Translations under genes and position numbers: made by a program
Shown: piece after piece, positions 16,834 to 25,488 of the stretch
How positions within the stretch are numbered: position 1 is the first letter of the stretch
Layout: every line of letters starts with the position of its first letter
DNA from: a virus
DNA length: 58,752 nucleotides
Strand: one strand, 5' to 3'
Virus record (IMG/VR): IMGVR_UViG_3300045988_067221
Span: 1-58,752 of that record
Notes under the pieces: model-generated
Seen by the model: only the letters and a program-made list of their open reading frames with translations
Database searches by the model: none
What the model was told of the DNA's origin: nothing

Positions 16834-16997
16834 TTTCCCTTCAGCAACACGACAGGCTCATGTTGATGTTGTAAATAACTTGATCTGTGAGTAGAGAATA
16901 GACATGCCGGTGATATGAGCTAGTCCGGGACTTACAGATTATATCCTTGAAGTTGCGGTTATAGTGCACAGCTGCACCGGGTTTATAGAGGATATAT

Positions 16998-17065
16998 GCG
17001 TCTGTCTGTTGGCCAGAATGAGGTCTCCAAAACCTCTAACGAAAGTTCGATGCTTTCCGGGCGTG
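16998..17065 (+). ncRNA. tRNA-Trp-like element (perfect CCA anticodon arm and T arm; weak acceptor and D arms); possibly a degenerate tRNA
   Basis: gaggt-ctCCAaa-acctc and gaaag-ttcgatg-ctttc; the acceptor pairs only through several G-U wobbles. Confidence 0.35.
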
Positions 17066-17161
17066 TTTATCTTTGTCTCCACTTAGTCGGGCACTACTGC
17101 AATAGTTCCGGTCGATGGGAGATGTATGGATAGTAGTTGTATTATCGGAAACAGAAAACTT

Positions 17162-17237
17162 GTTGCAAAGTAGAATTTGCAGATTTGAAATGCATTGGTG
17201 CGGTTTTGTCTGACGGAGTTCGACTCTCCGTGCAACT
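17162..17237 (+). ncRNA. tRNA-like element (acceptor plus canonical T arm; non-canonical middle with a 9-nt loop)
   Basis: gttgca/tgcaac acceptor, cggag-ttcgact-ctccg T arm; no standard anticodon or D arm could be drawn. Confidence 0.3.
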
Positions 17238-17290
17238 ATTTCTGGTGTTATCTGGTGTCCAGATCATAATTTGCTGAATAGCAAGCCAGA

Positions 17291-17470
17291 AAAATTCGGT
17301 GGCGGAATAGGTAAACGCGGAATCTTACACAGTTATCCTAGGAATGTAGCAGGATACTTCGCTAAAAGGCTGAGTACATTACCGTGGTGACAGTAAGTAG
17401 GAGGAAACACAACAAACTATCCTTGTGTAAGAAAAACTGCATGATGGGTGCAAATCCCATCCCGAATTTT
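17291..17470 (+). ncRNA. tRNA-Leu-like element carrying a ~100-nt insert in place of the anticodon arm
   Basis: Perfect acceptor aattcgg (17293-17299)/ccgaatt (17462-17468). Class II D arm GTGGCGGAATAGGTAAACGCGG. T arm gatggg-tgcaaat-cccatc. Long helix tcttacaca/tgtgtaaga encloses the insert. Confidence 0.4.
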
Positions 17471-17488
17471 AAAATGGAGGGAAAGAAA

Positions 17489-17725
17489 ATGTTCAGAAAA
17501 CTTTTCAACATGTGGATCAGGTATAAAACAAAGAATCTCACCAGGATTCCGCTGTTTACCATGATTTTTGATTACCGGAAATATCAGCAAGATGGCAAGC
17601 CGGGGAGTTGCACATTTTACACTCATCCGGACATTGCACAGGACGAATTTGTGAAAGAGAAACTTGGCGAAGTTGTTGACCATATCCGGGACAATTACGA
17701 TCTGGATATTTTTACGAGGGTTTGA
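17489..17725 (+). CDS. Hypothetical protein
   Basis: ATG at 17489 follows RBS ggaggg. The upstream part of ORF 17384-17725 overlaps the tRNA-like element. Confidence 0.5.
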   Translation: MFRKLFNMWIRYKTKNLTRIPLFTMIFDYRKYQQDGKPGSCTFYTHPDIAQDEFVKEKLGEVVDHIRDNYDLDIFTRV

Positions 17726-17727
17726 AT

Positions 17728-17913
17728 ATGTGTGAATTTTGTGAAAGAGGAAAACCTTTGACAATTGGAAAGACGAACGATTATGGACTTGCAATACAAT
17801 ATCCGAACAAAATTATTGCATTTGGATACGACGTTCACGGAGCTGGTAGTAACGGATTGGTTAAAAAAATCAATTATTGTCCTATCTGCGGCAGAAAGTT
17901 GGTGGAAGAATGA
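17728..17913 (+). CDS. Small zinc-ribbon protein
   Basis: CEFC..CPICG; ATG at 17728 (the track ORF starts at a TTG at 17722). Confidence 0.5.
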   Translation: MCEFCERGKPLTIGKTNDYGLAIQYPNKIIAFGYDVHGAGSNGLVKKINYCPICGRKLVEE

Positions 17914-18107
17914 TTACGCAGAAAGATGTTCATAACAATATAGTTGCAAATGCAAGCGATTGGCAGAAAAGATATTTGTCGCTTCAATGTGGTGGAAATG
18001 TTGAAAAGATAAAGGAAGTCGAACAGAGCATTGCCAATATGATTAACGGCATTAGCAAGGCACTTAAAAACAATGGAGTAGATTATCTGAATAAACTTGA
18101 TTTGTGA
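17910..18107 (+). CDS. Hypothetical small protein
   Basis: ATG at 17910 overlaps the upstream stop (ATGA); within ORF 17877-18107. Confidence 0.5.
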   Translation: MITQKDVHNNIVANASDWQKRYLSLQCGGNVEKIKEVEQSIANMINGISKALKNNGVDYLNKLDL

Positions 18108-18119
18108 GTAGGTGACTAT

Positions 18120-18299
18120 ATGAAACATCAAAAAGAATGGCGCACTTGCGACAGGTGCGGTGCAGAAATTAAAAAAGGAATATTGTGTGGAAATTCGATT
18201 ACAAAGAATGGTATTTTAAATGTCACATACGACTTGTGTTGTAAATGCATGGAAGATTTTGAGAGGTTTATGAGCAATGAGCATGGCAGAAGTAATTGA
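18120..18299 (+). CDS. 59-aa zinc-ribbon protein (not in ORF track)
   Basis: MKHQKEWRTCDRCGAEI..CCKC..; read directly from the sequence. Confidence 0.45.
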   Translation: MKHQKEWRTCDRCGAEIKKGILCGNSITKNGILNVTYDLCCKCMEDFERFMSNEHGRSN

Positions 18300-18441
18300 G
18301 AGCATAGAAAAAGATATGTGGCAAGATTTGGAGAACCGGAGCGTACCGGAAAGCCAGCAGGAAATGATTGATTGTACGACTTTAGGAGAAGAACCACATT
18401 CAAAATATCTTTGCGGAAGAATCGAAAGAGCTAGCAAATAG
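18277..18441 (+). CDS. 54-aa hypothetical protein (not in ORF track)
   Basis: ATG 18277, stop 18439-18441; overlaps the previous gene by 23 nt. Confidence 0.35.
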   Translation: MSMAEVIESIEKDMWQDLENRSVPESQQEMIDCTTLGEEPHSKYLCGRIERASK

Positions 18442-18461
18442 TGAGAACAAGGAGTGAGATT

Positions 18462-19001
18462 ATGTTAATAGTTGCATTGCAAGATGATGTAGACAATCTG
18501 TATGCTATATGGAACACAGTTACAGACAGATTTTTAGGAGTTAATCTTGGGAAGTATGAAGCTGTTGGCATTATTATGGATTACAAAGGGAGTTGCACTT
18601 ATGAAGAGGCAACAGGCAGAGTTGAACATCCGCAGCCATTTTCTGATATTGCAAAATGTATTGTCAATGGGTGCTCAGATGAAAAAGATATTGAGAAAAT
18701 ATTACAAAGCAAAGATGACGAGATAAGAGAACTGAAACACATAATTGATGACAAACTAGGAATGTGGACTAAAGATAACAGATATGGATTATCCTTAGTT
18801 GAATTACTAAAAGCATTAGAAAAAGCTGAAAAATATGATGATATTAAAAAATGGTTACAGACGGAAATAAAAATTTCTAAACAAAGAAAAAATGAGTATG
18901 GGACTTGTTTTGACGGAGTGGCTGTTGGAAACGAAAATAGAATAATGCTACTCGAAAGACATATAAAATTTTGCGAAAACATATTAAAACAAATGGAATA
19001 A
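18462..19001 (+). CDS. Hypothetical protein
   Basis: ATG at 18462 follows RBS aaggag; within ORF 18441-19001. Confidence 0.55.
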   Translation: MLIVALQDDVDNLYAIWNTVTDRFLGVNLGKYEAVGIIMDYKGSCTYEEATGRVEHPQPFSDIAKCIVNGCSDEKDIEKILQSKDDEIRELKHIIDDKLGMWTKDNRYGLSLVELLKALEKAEKYDDIKKWLQTEIKISKQRKNEYGTCFDGVAVGNENRIMLLERHIKFCENILKQME

Positions 19002-19073
19002 CAATATTACCGACTGAATATTGATTCAGCCGCTAACCTAAAAAAATTATAGGCAGAGGTCTTACAAGCACCT

Positions 19074-20852
19074 TTGCTTTTTGAAAGTGGAGGTGCTTTT
19101 CTATTGGCAAGTTCAAGCCTGATTTCCACGATAAACGGATATGAAAATTACATAGAGAGAAAAGGGATAGATGAACAGGTTATTGACGCATACATACAAG
19201 CCGTAGCTGTAGCATTAAGAACAGAACATGATATTGATTATGGGTTAAAAGTATCAGAAAGGGCAAAACGGCTTATAGCTCAATTTGTTAAAGAACATAC
19301 AGGTAAAGGAATTGCAAATTTAGAGGTTTATGCAAGCGAACATGATACGACATACAAAGTGCTTCAACAATTTTATGATGTTTTAATGTATGAATCTGCC
19401 TATTTGGTCGATAGTTTTTTCTATTACATCGAAATAGATGAAAAAGATCCATGGAAGAGATTTTATTTTCCCAGAAGAGAAGTCTTGAAACCGGTAGTAG
19501 GAGCATATCAGGAAATTTATGACGGAAAACTAGATTTTCTTTCTGTTTCACAGCCAAAACGTACCGGGAAAACAACCGGAGGATTAAAACTGGCACAGAT
19601 GATGGGTGGGAGAGATCCGGACGGGAGTATTTTTGGTGTTGGAAAAGGAGAAGGACTAGTAAAGAGGTTTTATGGTGGACTTTTACAAGGTTTTGAGACA
19701 GAAAGCACATACAAAAGATTTTTAAGCGTTTTTCCTGAAGCAACAAAAATCAGCAAAGATGGTTATAAAAGTGCGGAGAATCTTTCAATAGACCTTAAAA
19801 GCAAAAATATTTTTCCGACATTTACTTGCAGACCTATTGATGGTGCAATCGTAGGATGTACAGAAGCAAATGTTCTTGTCTATATTGATGACTGCGTAAA
19901 GAATCACGAGGAGGCAAGAAATAGAGACAGATTAGAGTTCCTGTGTGAAAAGGTTACAGACGATGTTCTTGGACGAAGGCTAGAGGGCACACCTATTATT
20001 ATTCAGGGCACAAAATACAGCCTATATGACCCTATTACAGCGTTACAGACCAAGGCTGATGAACTTGGCTGGAGATGGAGAGAAGTTGCGGTTCCGGCAT
20101 TGGATCCAATAACGGACGAAAGCAACTGGGAAATCTATCGTAAGGATAAAAAAGGGTTGCGAAAGATATTCACAACGGATTATTACCGAAAAGAGCGAAA
20201 ACTTGTATCTGAAGAAACATGGGCTGCAGAGTTCCAACAGGAACCATTCGAAGCCAAAGGTCGTATGTTTGCAGAAAATGAACTGAATTATTTTGAGGAA
20301 CTTCCAGTAGACAGAGAACCAGACGCAATCATGGCAGCCTGTGATAGCGCAGACAAAGGAGAAGATAGCTGCTCAATGCCTATCGGTTATGTGTACGGAA
20401 ATGAGGTCTACATAGTAGATGTTGTGTTTGATAATGCAGGAACCCAGTTTACTAAACCAGAATGCGCAAATATGCTGGTTAAACATAACGTAAAGACTGT
20501 GACATTCGAGAGCAACAGTGCCGGAGAATACTTCGGCCGTGATGTAATGGAACTTGTAAAGGAACAGGGTGGAAGATGCAGTGCGAGGTTCAAGTTTAAT
20601 TGTACGAACAAAATAACGAGAATGGAAAATGCAAGAGATAACATCATTCGTGATTATTATTTTCGTGATTTCAAAAAAATGGATAGAAAAAGCCAGTATT
20701 ACAAGTTTATGAAAGAACTTACAACCATGACGAGAAGCGGGAAAGTAACGCACGATGACGCGCCGGACTCTATTTCATTGTTCGAGAACGAAATGAGAAC
20801 AGGGGTCGTGGCAAAAGCAGAAGCAGCAATAAACCCATTTAGGAGGATGTAA
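19074..20852 (+). CDS. terL: Terminase large subunit
   Basis: ~590 aa; Walker-A-like SQPKRTGKTT; ..VLVYIDDCVKNHEEA..; C-terminal nuclease-like half; precedes the portal. True start uncertain (TTG 19104 after ggaggtg, or ATG 19140). Confidence 0.8.
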   Translation: MLFESGGAFLLASSSLISTINGYENYIERKGIDEQVIDAYIQAVAVALRTEHDIDYGLKVSERAKRLIAQFVKEHTGKGIANLEVYASEHDTTYKVLQQFYDVLMYESAYLVDSFFYYIEIDEKDPWKRFYFPRREVLKPVVGAYQEIYDGKLDFLSVSQPKRTGKTTGGLKLAQMMGGRDPDGSIFGVGKGEGLVKRFYGGLLQGFETESTYKRFLSVFPEATKISKDGYKSAENLSIDLKSKNIFPTFTCRPIDGAIVGCTEANVLVYIDDCVKNHEEARNRDRLEFLCEKVTDDVLGRRLEGTPIIIQGTKYSLYDPITALQTKADELGWRWREVAVPALDPITDESNWEIYRKDKKGLRKIFTTDYYRKERKLVSEETWAAEFQQEPFEAKGRMFAENELNYFEELPVDREPDAIMAACDSADKGEDSCSMPIGYVYGNEVYIVDVVFDNAGTQFTKPECANMLVKHNVKTVTFESNSAGEYFGRDVMELVKEQGGRCSARFKFNCTNKITRMENARDNIIRDYYFRDFKKMDRKSQYYKFMKELTTMTRSGKVTHDDAPDSISLFENEMRTGVVAKAEAAINPFRRM

Positions 20853-21268
20853 TGGAGACAAAGAATTATCTTGGCCAAATCAAAAGATATGACCGCATGA
20901 TTGCGAATAAAATTGAAGAAATCAAAAATCTACGGGCAAGTATATACGGGATGTCGTCATTCTCCTGCGGAGAACGTGTGCAGACTTCAGGTACAAAAGA
21001 CATTGTTGGCAGCGGAGCACCTAAAATTGCTGATATGGAGTCAGAAGTGCGGACTCTTTCCAGGAAAAGAGAGGAGATTGTCCGGCAGATTGAGAAGATC
21101 CCGGATACGGATATGTACGATGTGCTTGCAAAGCGGTTTGTGCTTGACAAAGATTTTAAGGTAATTAGCGTCGAAATCAAGAAATCAAAGCGTCAGACGT
21201 TTTTTATTTACGATAATGCCATTGATACGTTTGAGAAAATGTTTGGATACCTGTACATGGGGGATTAA
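20852..21268 (+). CDS. Sigma-r4/DUF1492-like putative transcription regulator (RinA/ArpU-type position)
   Basis: METKNYLGQIKRYDRMIANKIEEIKNLRA...IPDTDMYDVLAKRFV..; weak family guess. Confidence 0.4.
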   Translation: METKNYLGQIKRYDRMIANKIEEIKNLRASIYGMSSFSCGERVQTSGTKDIVGSGAPKIADMESEVRTLSRKREEIVRQIEKIPDTDMYDVLAKRFVLDKDFKVISVEIKKSKRQTFFIYDNAIDTFEKMFGYLYMGD

Positions 21269-21378
21269 CTGCACCAAAACGCATAAAATAGCATAAAAAC
21301 GTATATTTTCTTTAAAAAATAAGTGGTATACAATATGATTGTAAAGTTTTAAGAAACTTTTCTCCCATCGGTAAGAGA

Positions 21379-21413
21379 GAGCATTGCTGGAAACGGCAGT
21401 GCTCTTTTCTTTT
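21379..21413 (+). terminator. Intrinsic terminator inside the late operon
   Basis: gagcattgc (21379-21387) pairs with gcagtgctc (21396-21404), followed by ttttctttt. Confidence 0.7.
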
Positions 21414-21431
21414 GCAGAAATGAGGAAAAAC

Positions 21432-21629
21432 ATGGAGCACAAACCAAAAACAATATATTGTCCCAGGTGTGGCAGGAAAGTTGCTACATGGGACGGACGT
21501 TCTTCTATGCCAGTAATTGGCAGATGTAAGAAGTGCAATAAACGAGTTGTCTATTACGTGGACAATGGAGAGACAGAAATTAAAGACATCCCGCAGAGGA
21601 ATTGTTCTTCCGGGGTTACTTATATGTAG
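21432..21629 (+). CDS. Mu Com-like zinc-finger protein
   Basis: MEHKPKTIYCPRCGRKVATW....IGRCKKCNKRVVY; ATG at 21432 within ORF 21384-21629. Confidence 0.45.
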   Translation: MEHKPKTIYCPRCGRKVATWDGRSSMPVIGRCKKCNKRVVYYVDNGETEIKDIPQRNCSSGVTYM

Positions 21630-21637
21630 GTGGAAAC

Positions 21638-23089
21638 ATGGATTTTGTAAGAAACACAATGTATTTTCAAGACCTTGTAAAAGGAAATTACGGACGAAAA
21701 ATTGCATATACGGACGCTGAACTAATCACAGCTGACAATGTGGTGAGGATAATTGGACAGTGCATTGGTGTTTTTTATGGCAATAAATCAGAAATAAGAT
21801 ACCTTTGGCGGTACTACAAAGGAGATCAGCCGGTACTTTACCGTACAAAGGTTTCTAATGAGGACATCACAAACAAAATCCTTGAAAACCATGCGTATGA
21901 GATTGTCCAGTTCAAAGTAGGACAGACATATGGCGAGCCAGTTCAATTCATTAGCAGGAAAGATGATGATGCAATCAATAATGCTGTGGATGAGTTAAAT
22001 GATTTTATGACGGATGCCAATAAGCAGGAAAAAGACATTAAGTCCGGTGAATGGCAGTCCGCTACGGGCACCTCTTTCAAAGCTATCCAGTCTAAGGAAG
22101 GGGAAATTCCGTTCAGAATCACAGCACCTAGTCCGCTGAATACTTTTGTTATCTATAACAGAAGCACGGAAGAACCGGTTCTTGCTGTGCAGGAATTGAA
22201 GGATGAGGACGGAAAATACTACAAACTGGCATTTTCCGAAACTATGTCATTTAAGATTGTTGACAGCAATGTGGTTAAATCAAAACTACATACCTATGGC
22301 GGAATCCCGATTGTAGAGTATCCGAACAATCACGAACGTATTTCGGACATTGAACTTGTCATTTCTATGTTGGATGCGATCAACAATATGCAATCAAACC
22401 GCATGGACGGGATTGAACAGTTTGTTCAGTCATGGATTAAATTTGTAAACTGCGATGTAGACGAAGAACAGTTTGCAAAAATGAAAATGAACCATGCTCT
22501 TGTTGTTAAGTCCATCAACAAAGATAACAAGTCAGATGTCGACATTATGACACAGGAGCTTAACCAGACACAATGCCAGGTGGCAAAAGATGATCTTTGG
22601 GACAATGCATTATCCATTCTGGCAATTCCTACTAAGCAGAGTAATACCGGCGGAGACACGCAGGGAGCCGTCGAATTGCGTAACGGCTGGGATTTCTCTA
22701 AAACCCGTGCAAAATTGAAAGACCCAATTGTAAAATCATCTGAAAAACGTCTTGCCACAGTTGTTCTTAATACTCTTCGGGTATCTGGAAATGATTTAAA
22801 ATTGTCTATCCGGGATTTTGAAGTCCAGATCAATCACAGTCCGCAGGATAACATGTACACCAAGTCCCAGACGCTCTTACAGCTCTTACAGTGCGGTATT
22901 CACCCGATTGTGGCTATTAAGACCGTTGGTCTGTGGGGAGATGCAGAAAAGACATTCATGTTGTCAAAACCATACCTGGATAATCTGTGGAAAACCATAG
23001 ATGATGTAGAAGAGCAGGAGCGCAAAGCACAAGAGATTGTAGCAAAATTAAATAATCAAAACCCAACAAATAAGGCAGTCACCGAGTAA
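21638..23089 (+). CDS. Portal protein (SPP1 Gp6-like)
   Basis: ~484 aa; ..NKSEIRYLWRYYKGDQPVLYR.. N-terminal signature; position after terL. Confidence 0.8.
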   Translation: MDFVRNTMYFQDLVKGNYGRKIAYTDAELITADNVVRIIGQCIGVFYGNKSEIRYLWRYYKGDQPVLYRTKVSNEDITNKILENHAYEIVQFKVGQTYGEPVQFISRKDDDAINNAVDELNDFMTDANKQEKDIKSGEWQSATGTSFKAIQSKEGEIPFRITAPSPLNTFVIYNRSTEEPVLAVQELKDEDGKYYKLAFSETMSFKIVDSNVVKSKLHTYGGIPIVEYPNNHERISDIELVISMLDAINNMQSNRMDGIEQFVQSWIKFVNCDVDEEQFAKMKMNHALVVKSINKDNKSDVDIMTQELNQTQCQVAKDDLWDNALSILAIPTKQSNTGGDTQGAVELRNGWDFSKTRAKLKDPIVKSSEKRLATVVLNTLRVSGNDLKLSIRDFEVQINHSPQDNMYTKSQTLLQLLQCGIHPIVAIKTVGLWGDAEKTFMLSKPYLDNLWKTIDDVEEQERKAQEIVAKLNNQNPTNKAVTE

Positions 23090-23110
23090 TCGGCGGCTGT
23101 TTTTATTTTA
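23076..23110 (+). terminator. Terminator-like hairpin overlapping the portal stop codon
   Basis: cagtcaccga-gtaa-tcggcggctg (one mismatch) followed by tttttatttt. Confidence 0.55.
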
Positions 23111-23200
23111 TAAAAATTCGCAAAGTTGTGAGCGTAAAAATCAACAATGCTATCGGTGTCGTTGCACCGTAAAAAAACGTAAAGCATATCGGAGGTAATC

Positions 23201-23752
23201 ATGAAAAGAGAAGATTTAGTGGCCATGGGAATCAGCGAAGAAAACATTGAAAAAATCATTGCTGATTACGGAAAAGCAACTCAGAAAGCAAATGCAGACA
23301 TTGCTGCTCTTAGGGAGAAAGCAGGAAAAGCAGATGATCTTCAGAAAAAACTGGATGATCTGGAAGCTGGGCAGTTGACCGAAATTGAAAAAGCCAACAA
23401 AGCTCTGGAAGCAGCAAATAAGACTATTGCTGACATGCAGAAGTCTAATGCCATTCGGGATCAGCGTGAAGCGGCCATGACAAATTTCAAAATCACTGCT
23501 GAGCAGGCGAAGACCATCGTAAAAGAAGATGGAAGCCTTGATTATGCGGAGCTTGGAAAGATTATGTCCGAAAAAGAAACCGCAGCGGCGCAGGCGAAGG
23601 AACAGGAGATTGCAAAGAGTCAGGATGTTCCGGGCGGAGGTGCTGGCGGCGGCAATAAAGATGAAAAGACCGAAGATGTTAAGAATGCTGAAAGCATCAG
23701 CTTCGGTAATGCGGCAGCTTCAAAGGAAGCACAAAACCATTATGTGATTTAA
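23201..23752 (+). CDS. Scaffolding protein
   Basis: Ala/Lys/Glu-rich coiled coil; position between portal and capsid. Confidence 0.7.
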   Translation: MKREDLVAMGISEENIEKIIADYGKATQKANADIAALREKAGKADDLQKKLDDLEAGQLTEIEKANKALEAANKTIADMQKSNAIRDQREAAMTNFKITAEQAKTIVKEDGSLDYAELGKIMSEKETAAAQAKEQEIAKSQDVPGGGAGGGNKDEKTEDVKNAESISFGNAAASKEAQNHYVI

Positions 23753-23765
23753 GGAGGAAATTTTT

Positions 23766-24110
23766 ATGGGAAAACCTATTATCAGGGAATTTGGACAGAG
23801 CAAAGGCATTCTGAAATTCTTCCCGTATGAGGGAGCAGCATGCTTGGTACTGCAGTCCACTGTATCCAGCCCGGATTCAAACGGTAACAAAATCGTTCCG
23901 GCAGGTACACCGTGGCCGACCAACGATGATGAATGTCTTGGATACCTTTTAGAGGATGTCGATGTAACCCAGGGCGATGCGCCGGGTACATACGTTTACC
24001 AGGGAACAGTTGACTGGGAGAAAGTTAAGGGCCTGACGATTTCAGACGATGCGAGAAAAGCAACACCAAGAGTTACTTTTTACGGCGCACCGAAAATCGC
24101 AAGCGTCTAA
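23766..24110 (+). CDS. Head-associated small protein (decoration or minor capsid candidate)
   Basis: Position immediately upstream of the major capsid gene. Confidence 0.4.
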   Translation: MGKPIIREFGQSKGILKFFPYEGAACLVLQSTVSSPDSNGNKIVPAGTPWPTNDDECLGYLLEDVDVTQGDAPGTYVYQGTVDWEKVKGLTISDDARKATPRVTFYGAPKIASV

Positions 24111-24130
24111 TCGGAAGGAGGAAATAAGAT

Positions 24131-25225
24131 ATGGCATTACCTTTAGCAGAAGCCTTTACCGCAAGAAGCCTTGGGGTACTGTGGAATAATTATGAAAAGA
24201 CCCTTGGTGCAGCACCGTACCTTGGACGTCAGAAATTTGGAACCAGAAAACAGGATGGTCTTTCTCTTCGTTTCATCAAAGGAAAGAATGGTCTTCCGGT
24301 ATCTCTGAAAGCATCTAACTTCGATGCGCAGGCAGCGTTAAGAGATGTTGGCGGATTTTCCGACATCCAGAACAAAATGCCGTTTTACCGTGAGTCTTAC
24401 ATGGTAACAGAGGAAGAGGAGCAGATGTACGACAACTACAGAAGCTCTGAAAACTCTGCACTTGCAAACGATGTCCTTCGTGAGATCAGTAAGAAACCGA
24501 TGATGCTCATTGAAGGAGCAAGAGTTGTTCCGGAGCGTCAGATCTGGCAGCTGCTTGCACCGGCTGATGGTATTCCGAGAGTACAGGTAACCATCGGTGG
24601 AAAGAGCTTCTATGTTGACTACACAGGTGATGACGGAGCTGAACATAAGAGAGATCACTTCGTTGATATTTCCAGCTCTTCTACTGATAAATGGTCTGCA
24701 TCTGCAACCGCGACCCCGCTGGATGATCTGATTGAAGAGAGACGTAACTTTGCTAAAAAGACCGGTTATTCTCTTACCAGATTTACCATGAACACCGAAA
24801 CCTGGGAAATGGTTCTGAAAGCAGAAGACACCAAAAAGCAGGTACTTGGAATCGTGGCATACCAGGGAGGCATCCGTTTACAGCAGTCTCAGGTTACCGA
24901 ATACCTTAGAGGTTACGGAATCGAGATCGAGGTATACGACAAACTGTATATCGACCCGGCAGACGGCAAGACAAAATATTTTGTTCCGACCGGCGTTGTA
25001 TCTGCTACCTGTGCAGGCGTATATCTTGGCGATTACGTATTTGGCAAGACCCCGGAAGAAAGAAGTGGAAGCCTTACCGACGGCAATCTGTCCATCGTAG
25101 AAACCGGAATTTCCGTATACACCTATGCTACCAACCACCCGATCAATACTCATTGCGTAGTATCCATGATCGGTCTGCCTACCTTTGAGGGAATGGACAG
25201 CGTTGTTGTAATGAAAGTTGCGTAG
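24131..25225 (+). CDS. Major capsid protein (lambda gpE-like family)
   Basis: 364 aa; ..LSLRFIKGKNGLPVSLKASNFDAQA.. and gene order. Confidence 0.75.
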   Translation: MALPLAEAFTARSLGVLWNNYEKTLGAAPYLGRQKFGTRKQDGLSLRFIKGKNGLPVSLKASNFDAQAALRDVGGFSDIQNKMPFYRESYMVTEEEEQMYDNYRSSENSALANDVLREISKKPMMLIEGARVVPERQIWQLLAPADGIPRVQVTIGGKSFYVDYTGDDGAEHKRDHFVDISSSSTDKWSASATATPLDDLIEERRNFAKKTGYSLTRFTMNTETWEMVLKAEDTKKQVLGIVAYQGGIRLQQSQVTEYLRGYGIEIEVYDKLYIDPADGKTKYFVPTGVVSATCAGVYLGDYVFGKTPEERSGSLTDGNLSIVETGISVYTYATNHPINTHCVVSMIGLPTFEGMDSVVVMKVA

Positions 25226-25236
25226 GAGGTGCCGGA

Positions 25237-25476
25237 ATGGTTGCAGAGTACACAGTAAAACGCAATGGAAAATGGTATCACGCAGGAGACGCTATCGAAG
25301 AGGTAGAGGAATCTGCCTCTTCTTTGCCTTTTGAGAAAGCGCATACCAAAACGGAGATTAACAGAATGAGCGTTGATGATCTCAAAGCCCTTGCTGCGGA
25401 AAATGCCGTTCCGGGATATGAAGATATGACCGGTACGGCTCTGAAAGATTATTTTATCAATATGCTCAATTTGTAG
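25237..25476 (+). CDS. Small protein with SAP/HeH-like C-terminal motif
   Basis: ..MSVDDLKALAAENAVPGYEDMTGTALKDYF. Confidence 0.45.
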   Translation: MVAEYTVKRNGKWYHAGDAIEEVEESASSLPFEKAHTKTEINRMSVDDLKALAAENAVPGYEDMTGTALKDYFINMLNL

Positions 25477-25488
25477 GAGGTTATCCTT

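Noticed and set aside
15944-16874. ORFs 15944-16141 (-), 16224-16442, 16316-16531, 16326-16571 (-) and 16620-16874 in the RNA island
   Set aside because: They run straight through well-folded tRNA genes or structured spacers. They are not protein-coding.
16032-17470. Idea that the phage uses an alternative genetic code with a suppressor tRNA
   Set aside because: All long genes (TMP, terL, portal, the 744-aa tail protein) are open in the standard code. None of the foldable tRNAs has a CUA, UCA or UUA anticodon.
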